Part shown: positions 59,946 through 64,000 of the stretch, piece by piece
Layout of the letters: every line of letters begins with the position of its first letter
How positions within the stretch are numbered: the first letter of the stretch is position 1
Assembly: GCA_963715335.1 (NCBI GenBank)
Contig: CAVQRZ010000019.1
Location: 1 to 64,000 of the forward strand
Origin: an uncultured delta proteobacterium
GTDB lineage: Bacteria > Desulfobacterota > Desulfuromonadia > Desulfuromonadales > BM103
Length of the DNA: 64,000 bases
Reading direction: 5' to 3'
Position numbers and translations under genes: made by a program
The notes under the pieces: model-generated
What the model was told of the DNA's origin: nothing
Seen by the model: the letters and a program-made list of their open reading frames with translations, nothing else
Database searches by the model: none

Positions 59946-60445
59946 AATTGCTCCTGTGCCTTGCGCAGCTGCCGGAAAATTTCCCGGGCCGCTTTTTTAT
60001 CGGCATGCTCTTGTGCCGAGCGGGCCAGCCGCGTGATTTTCCGGTGATCGATCAAGGGGTAGCTGCTGCGAATTTCCGCCAGAGCCTCATCGAAGGTGTT
60101 TTTGCTACAGAGACGGTCCCGCAGCTCCTCGAGGTGATGAAAGGCGAGAGTCTCCCGGCGCTGGCCGACGGTCTGTCCTTCCAGGGCGGTTTCAATCGCC
60201 TCACGCTGGCCATCATGGCTGCGCAGGAAACCGGCCAGATGCTTGATCTGGCGTTTGCGTGAACTGTGACCGCGGGTTGTGCGGGCCAGCTCTATTTGCC
60301 GGGTCAACTCCGGCTCCTGTGGGAGTCTCGACAGCTCTGGTCCCGGCAGGTCGGCAAGCCTCTGCGCCAGCTGTTCAACGGCTTTGGCCGCGCGTTTTTT
60401 CGCGCTTCGGCCGCGCCCTTCCTGAACGAGTTCGGTCTCTTCCAT
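59942..60445 (-). CDS. darP: Ribosome biogenesis factor DarP (YjgA)
   Basis: RSAKKR, RKRQIKHL, FHHLEELRDRL, AREIFRQL. Confidence 0.87.
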   Translation of the reverse strand: MEETELVQEGRGRSAKKRAAKAVEQLAQRLADLPGPELSRLPQEPELTRQIELARTTRGHSSRKRQIKHLAGFLRSHDGQREAIETALEGQTVGQRRETLAFHHLEELRDRLCSKNTFDEALAEIRSSYPLIDHRKITRLARSAQEHADKKAAREIFRQLRKAQEQL

Positions 60446-60894
60446 CAGAACTGCTTTCGGCTGTCAAGCAGCATGGTCACCGGTCCATCGTTGACCAGGC
60501 CGACTTTCATATCGGCTCTGAATATCCCGGTGGCAACATTGATTCCCCGCTGTCGCAGCGCTGCGACATATTCCTCATAAAGATTATCCGCGAGCTCAGG
60601 TCCTGCAGCATCGGTAAAGCCCGGTCTTCGCCCCTTGCGGCAGTCGCCGAGCAGGGTGAACTGCGAAACGACCAGGACACTGCCAGAAATATCTTCGACG
60701 GAACGGTTCATTTTCCCCTGGTCATCCTCGAAAATGCGCAGACCGGAAGTTTTTTCAGCCAGGTAAACAGCATCGATGGAGGTGTCTCCACGAGCCACAC
60801 CGAGCAGAACCATCAGGCCCCGACAGATCTCACCGACCGTCTTGCCGTCAACGAGAACGGACGCCTCGCTGACCCGCTGGATGACGGCCCTCAT
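60445..60894 (-). CDS. dtd: D-aminoacyl-tRNA deacylase
   Basis: [24 protein letters not shown]. Confidence 0.95.
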   Translation of the reverse strand: MRAVIQRVSEASVLVDGKTVGEICRGLMVLLGVARGDTSIDAVYLAEKTSGLRIFEDDQGKMNRSVEDISGSVLVVSQFTLLGDCRKGRRPGFTDAAGPELADNLYEEYVAALRQRGINVATGIFRADMKVGLVNDGPVTMLLDSRKQF

Positions 60895-61748
60895 CCTTTG
60901 TCTCCCGCCGCCAACTGCCGTAGCAGGGCCAGGTTGGCGCGATCCATCTCGCTATTATCGCCCTTGGGGGTCTCCAGGACCATGGGGACCCCGACAAAGC
61001 GCGGGTCCTGCATCAGGCAGGCGAAGCCGGCGCGGCCGATTGTCCCCTGGCATATATGGGCATGCCGGTCGACCTTGCTGCCGCAGGGTTTCAGACAGTC
61101 ATTGAGATGGAAAGCCCTGATCCTGTCGAGACCGACCAGGCGATCGAATTCGGTCATGACGCGTTCGTAACCCTCGGCGGTGGAGAGGTCGTATCCTGCT
61201 GTATGGGCATGGCAGGTATCAAAGCAGACCCCGAACCGCTGCTCGTCAAAGCCCTCCAGCAATGCTGCCAGATGGGCAAAGTCGCCACCGAGGTAGCTGC
61301 CCTGGCCGGCGGTGTTCTCCAGCAACAGTCTCACCTGCGGCGGAGATTCCGGCAAGATTTCACGAAACGCCTGGCGAATCCTCTTCAGGCCGACGTCTTC
61401 GCCGGTGCCCAGGTGCGCACCGGGGTGCATGACCAGGTCGGTAATGCCGAGCTGGTGGCAGCGATATATTTCATCGCGCAGGGCGGCTTTTGATTTTTCC
61501 CAGACCCCGACTTTGGGTGATGCCAGGTTGATCAGATAGGCATCGTGGACCATGACCGGGCCAATGCCGCTTTCCCGCCAGGCTTCGCGAAATGCAGCGG
61601 TGTCTGTCTCGGCAATCGGTTTGGCCTGCCAGCGGTTGGCGTTTTTGGTAAAAATCTGCAGAGCCGTGCAGCCGACATCGAGGCCATTGGCAAAGGCGTT
61701 TGCCAGACCACCGGCGATCGAGACGTGTGCGCCGAGTAAACGAGTCAT
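60891..61748 (-). CDS. nfo: Endonuclease IV
   Basis: [39 protein letters not shown]. Confidence 0.95.
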   Translation of the reverse strand: MTRLLGAHVSIAGGLANAFANGLDVGCTALQIFTKNANRWQAKPIAETDTAAFREAWRESGIGPVMVHDAYLINLASPKVGVWEKSKAALRDEIYRCHQLGITDLVMHPGAHLGTGEDVGLKRIRQAFREILPESPPQVRLLLENTAGQGSYLGGDFAHLAALLEGFDEQRFGVCFDTCHAHTAGYDLSTAEGYERVMTEFDRLVGLDRIRAFHLNDCLKPCGSKVDRHAHICQGTIGRAGFACLMQDPRFVGVPMVLETPKGDNSEMDRANLALLRQLAAGDKG

Positions 61749-62383
61749 GAAGCCTGACCCCAGAACCTCAGGCCGGTATTGACGTGCCGGGCACTGTCGA
61801 GATGAACGTCGACAAAATCCGGAGTTTGCCCGTCTCCGACCAGGATCGTGCCCATGCCGAGTTTTTTGGCCGTCTGCAGATTTTCACGTGAATCTTCGAT
61901 CATAATGCAACGTTCCGGCGGCGTACCGAGCTTTTCGAGTACGGCAAGGTATGGCTCGGGCCAAGGCTTTGGCAGGTACGCGGCGATGCGGATATCGTAA
62001 ACGGCCTCAAACATGTCCTCGATCCCCAACGCGGCAAGCACCCGGCCGGCATGACAGGTTGAGCCGTTGGTAAAGACCGCCTTGCGTTGGGGCAGGCTGG
62101 TCAGGGCGGCGCGCAGGACAGGGTCGGGACCCAGTCTGGAGTTGACATCGACATCGTGAACATAGAGCAGGTAATCCTCGGGGTCGACTCCGTGATGGCG
62201 GATCAGGCCCTGCAGGGTGACCCCGTACAGCCGCCAGTATTCGCGGCGCAGGGCATCGACCTGCGGTGCCGGGATGCCGACAATCTCGGTCATGTAGAGG
62301 TTGATGCGGACGTCGATCAGACCGAAAAGATGCTTCTCTGCGGGATAGAGGGTGTTGTCGAGATCGAAAATCAGAACGTCCAT
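61745..62383 (-). CDS. Pyrimidine 5'-nucleotidase (HAD family)
   Basis: FDLDNTLY, YGVTLQGL, FTNG, PKP, IEDSRENL. Confidence 0.88.
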   Translation of the reverse strand: MDVLIFDLDNTLYPAEKHLFGLIDVRINLYMTEIVGIPAPQVDALRREYWRLYGVTLQGLIRHHGVDPEDYLLYVHDVDVNSRLGPDPVLRAALTSLPQRKAVFTNGSTCHAGRVLAALGIEDMFEAVYDIRIAAYLPKPWPEPYLAVLEKLGTPPERCIMIEDSRENLQTAKKLGMGTILVGDGQTPDFVDVHLDSARHVNTGLRFWGQAS

Positions 62384-62438
62384 GGCGGTGCCGTTTGAAC
62401 CTTTATATCGTCAGGTGAGGCGAATTCGTTGTCGTTTA

Positions 62439-62541
62439 AGAATTGAGTATCAAGTATTCAGTATTCAGAAGAAAAGTAGGATGTAGTGAATTCGGGAACT
62501 CATTCTGGATTCTTGGTCCTGAATTCTGGATTCCTGGTTCT
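62439..62541. repeat. Two roughly complementary heptamer arrays
   Basis: AGTATCA AGTATTC AGTATTC AGAA ... ATTCTGG ATTCTTG GTCCTGA ATTCTGG ATTCCTG. Confidence 0.7.
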
Positions 62542-62544
62542 CTG

Positions 62545-63384
62545 TTATCTCGGAATATACTCTCCGCTGAAAACTTCCGCTGCCGGGCCGGTCATGAACA
62601 CATCGCCTTTGCCGTCCCATTCCATTTCCAGGTCGCCGCCGGTCAGGTGGTTGAGCAGTTGTCCCCTGGTGCGGCCGGTCAGGACGCCGGCAACGGTTAC
62701 GGCCGAGGCGCCGGTGCCACAGGCGAGGGTCTCCCCGGCACCGCGTTCCCAGGTCCGTTGGCGAACTTCGTTCGGTGTGATGACTTCGACGAATTCGACG
62801 TTGATGCGGCGGGGGAAGAGAGCGTGGTTTTCGATTGCGTAGCCGTATCTTCTCACCGGGAAGTCATCCAGGCTGTCGACAAATATAACACAGTGCGGGT
62901 TGCCCATCGACACGCAGGTGATCTGGAAGGTCCTGTCGAGGATTTCCAGTGGCAGGTTGATCACCTGCTCGTTGGCCGGGCCGACCATCGGCAGGGCTTC
63001 CCGGGTCAACCGCGGGCGGCCCATGTTGACCCGGACCTTGTCGATATGCTCGCGTTCGTTCGGATACATGGTCAGCGGCAGGTTGCCGGCGCCGGTCTCG
63101 ATCGTGATCTCCGTCCGGTCGACCAGACCATGGTCGAATGCATACTTGGCTACGCAACGGACGCCGTTGCCGCACATCTCCGCTTCACTGCCGTCCGCAT
63201 TGAAAATCCGCATCTTGACATCGGCCTGCCTGGATGGCTCGATCAGGATCATGCCGTCACCGCCGACACCGAAGTTCCGGTCACTGATCTCACGCGCCAG
63301 TTGCTCCGGGTCCTCGACAGTCTGTCGGAAGCAGTCAATATAAACGTAATCGTTGCCAGCCCCATGCATCTTGACGAATTTCAT
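62545..63384 (-). CDS. dapF: Diaminopimelate epimerase
   Basis: KMHGAGND, EMCGNG, GNPH, NVEF, ERGAGETLACGTG. Confidence 0.96.
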   Translation of the reverse strand: MKFVKMHGAGNDYVYIDCFRQTVEDPEQLAREISDRNFGVGGDGMILIEPSRQADVKMRIFNADGSEAEMCGNGVRCVAKYAFDHGLVDRTEITIETGAGNLPLTMYPNEREHIDKVRVNMGRPRLTREALPMVGPANEQVINLPLEILDRTFQITCVSMGNPHCVIFVDSLDDFPVRRYGYAIENHALFPRRINVEFVEVITPNEVRQRTWERGAGETLACGTGASAVTVAGVLTGRTRGQLLNHLTGGDLEMEWDGKGDVFMTGPAAEVFSGEYIPR

Positions 63385-63543
63385 AGTCGCCCTCACCGTA
63401 GTTTTGCAACCTCAGTCTCTCATTATAAGGGGAAAGGTTTTCTGTCACAACCACGCATTGCCGATCTGGCATGCTCTGGTATGCTAATCAACAGGACTTT
63501 TCCCCGACGACATCGGTCGGGGAGGCAACCAAAGGAGAGAGAG

Positions 63544-63936
63544 ATGCCGCATCTTCAATTCGAATTCAATTTCGCTCCAGAGCGGACGGAGAAGGCCGCT
63601 TTTGCCAATGCCGTCCGCAATCATTTTGCCACGATCATGAATACCGGGACCGACCATATCGGCATTACCCTGCGCTGCTATCAACAGGAGGACCTGGTTT
63701 TTGGCCGGGCCGGAGATGGAACGATTGCTTTTCTGAACGCGGATATCCGTCTGGGGCGTACGGCCGATCAGAAACGTCGCCTGGCCCTGGCAATTCTGGA
63801 CGAGATCTGCCTTCGGTGGGGGCTGGCAAAGGAGAGCATCTATATTATCTACACCGAACACGATGGCCCGGACTTCCAGCTGAGTGATCGGGTCCTGCCC
63901 TCGTGGCAACCCGGTGAGGATCCGCTCAACGACTAG
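63544..63936 (+). CDS. Tautomerase superfamily protein (4-OT/CHMI/MIF-like)
   Basis: N-terminal Pro (MPHLQF), GRTADQKRRL; GGAG RBS; the long upstream ORF extension is antisense to dapF. Confidence 0.82.
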   Translation: MPHLQFEFNFAPERTEKAAFANAVRNHFATIMNTGTDHIGITLRCYQQEDLVFGRAGDGTIAFLNADIRLGRTADQKRRLALAILDEICLRWGLAKESIYIIYTEHDGPDFQLSDRVLPSWQPGEDPLND

Positions 63937-64000
63937 TCCAGGACTCTCTGTCATCTATTTTAATCTTCTTCCGGCTTGCCAATTCGGCAACCCGGGCTGA

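Noticed and set aside
62443..63543. 497-aa + strand ORF
   Set aside because: Its first ~367 codons are antisense to dapF; only the tautomerase from 63544, with its own RBS and Pro1, is credible

Overview
A 64 kb chromosomal window, most likely from a Desulfuromonadales bacterium (Desulfuromonas/Geobacter relatives). The assignment is inferred from CbcL, the split atpZIBE operon, the ccsB-hemACDB cluster and a TIGR04442-like gene. Contents in order: an AT-richer left end (secreted charged protein, lipoprotein, LysM lytic transglycosylase, class I FBP aldolase); an octaheme NapC/NirT cytochrome next to the nonaheme bc-type CbcL; ATP synthase F0 genes; deaD; an MCP / MBL hydrolase / TIGR04442-like / EF-G paralog / malic enzyme run; a heme-motif two-component system beside a sigma54-driven Hmc-like quinol oxidoreductase operon; assorted metabolic genes (thyX, cobO and others); an uncharacterised ~9 kb envelope operon (MotA/TolQ + two Asp-bearing TM-coiled-coil-VWA proteins + PEGA/FGE + TPR + lipoprotein + secreted proteins); sodN/sodX; glpD; the heme biosynthesis operon; trxA, darP, dtd, nfo, dapF. 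The envelope operon is the best candidate for an undescribed system. No rRNA, tRNA, CRISPR array or transposase was seen. Eight apparent +1 frameshifts cluster in 32-46.3 kb and are probably sequencing or assembly errors. All family assignments come from reading motifs by eye, not from database searches.
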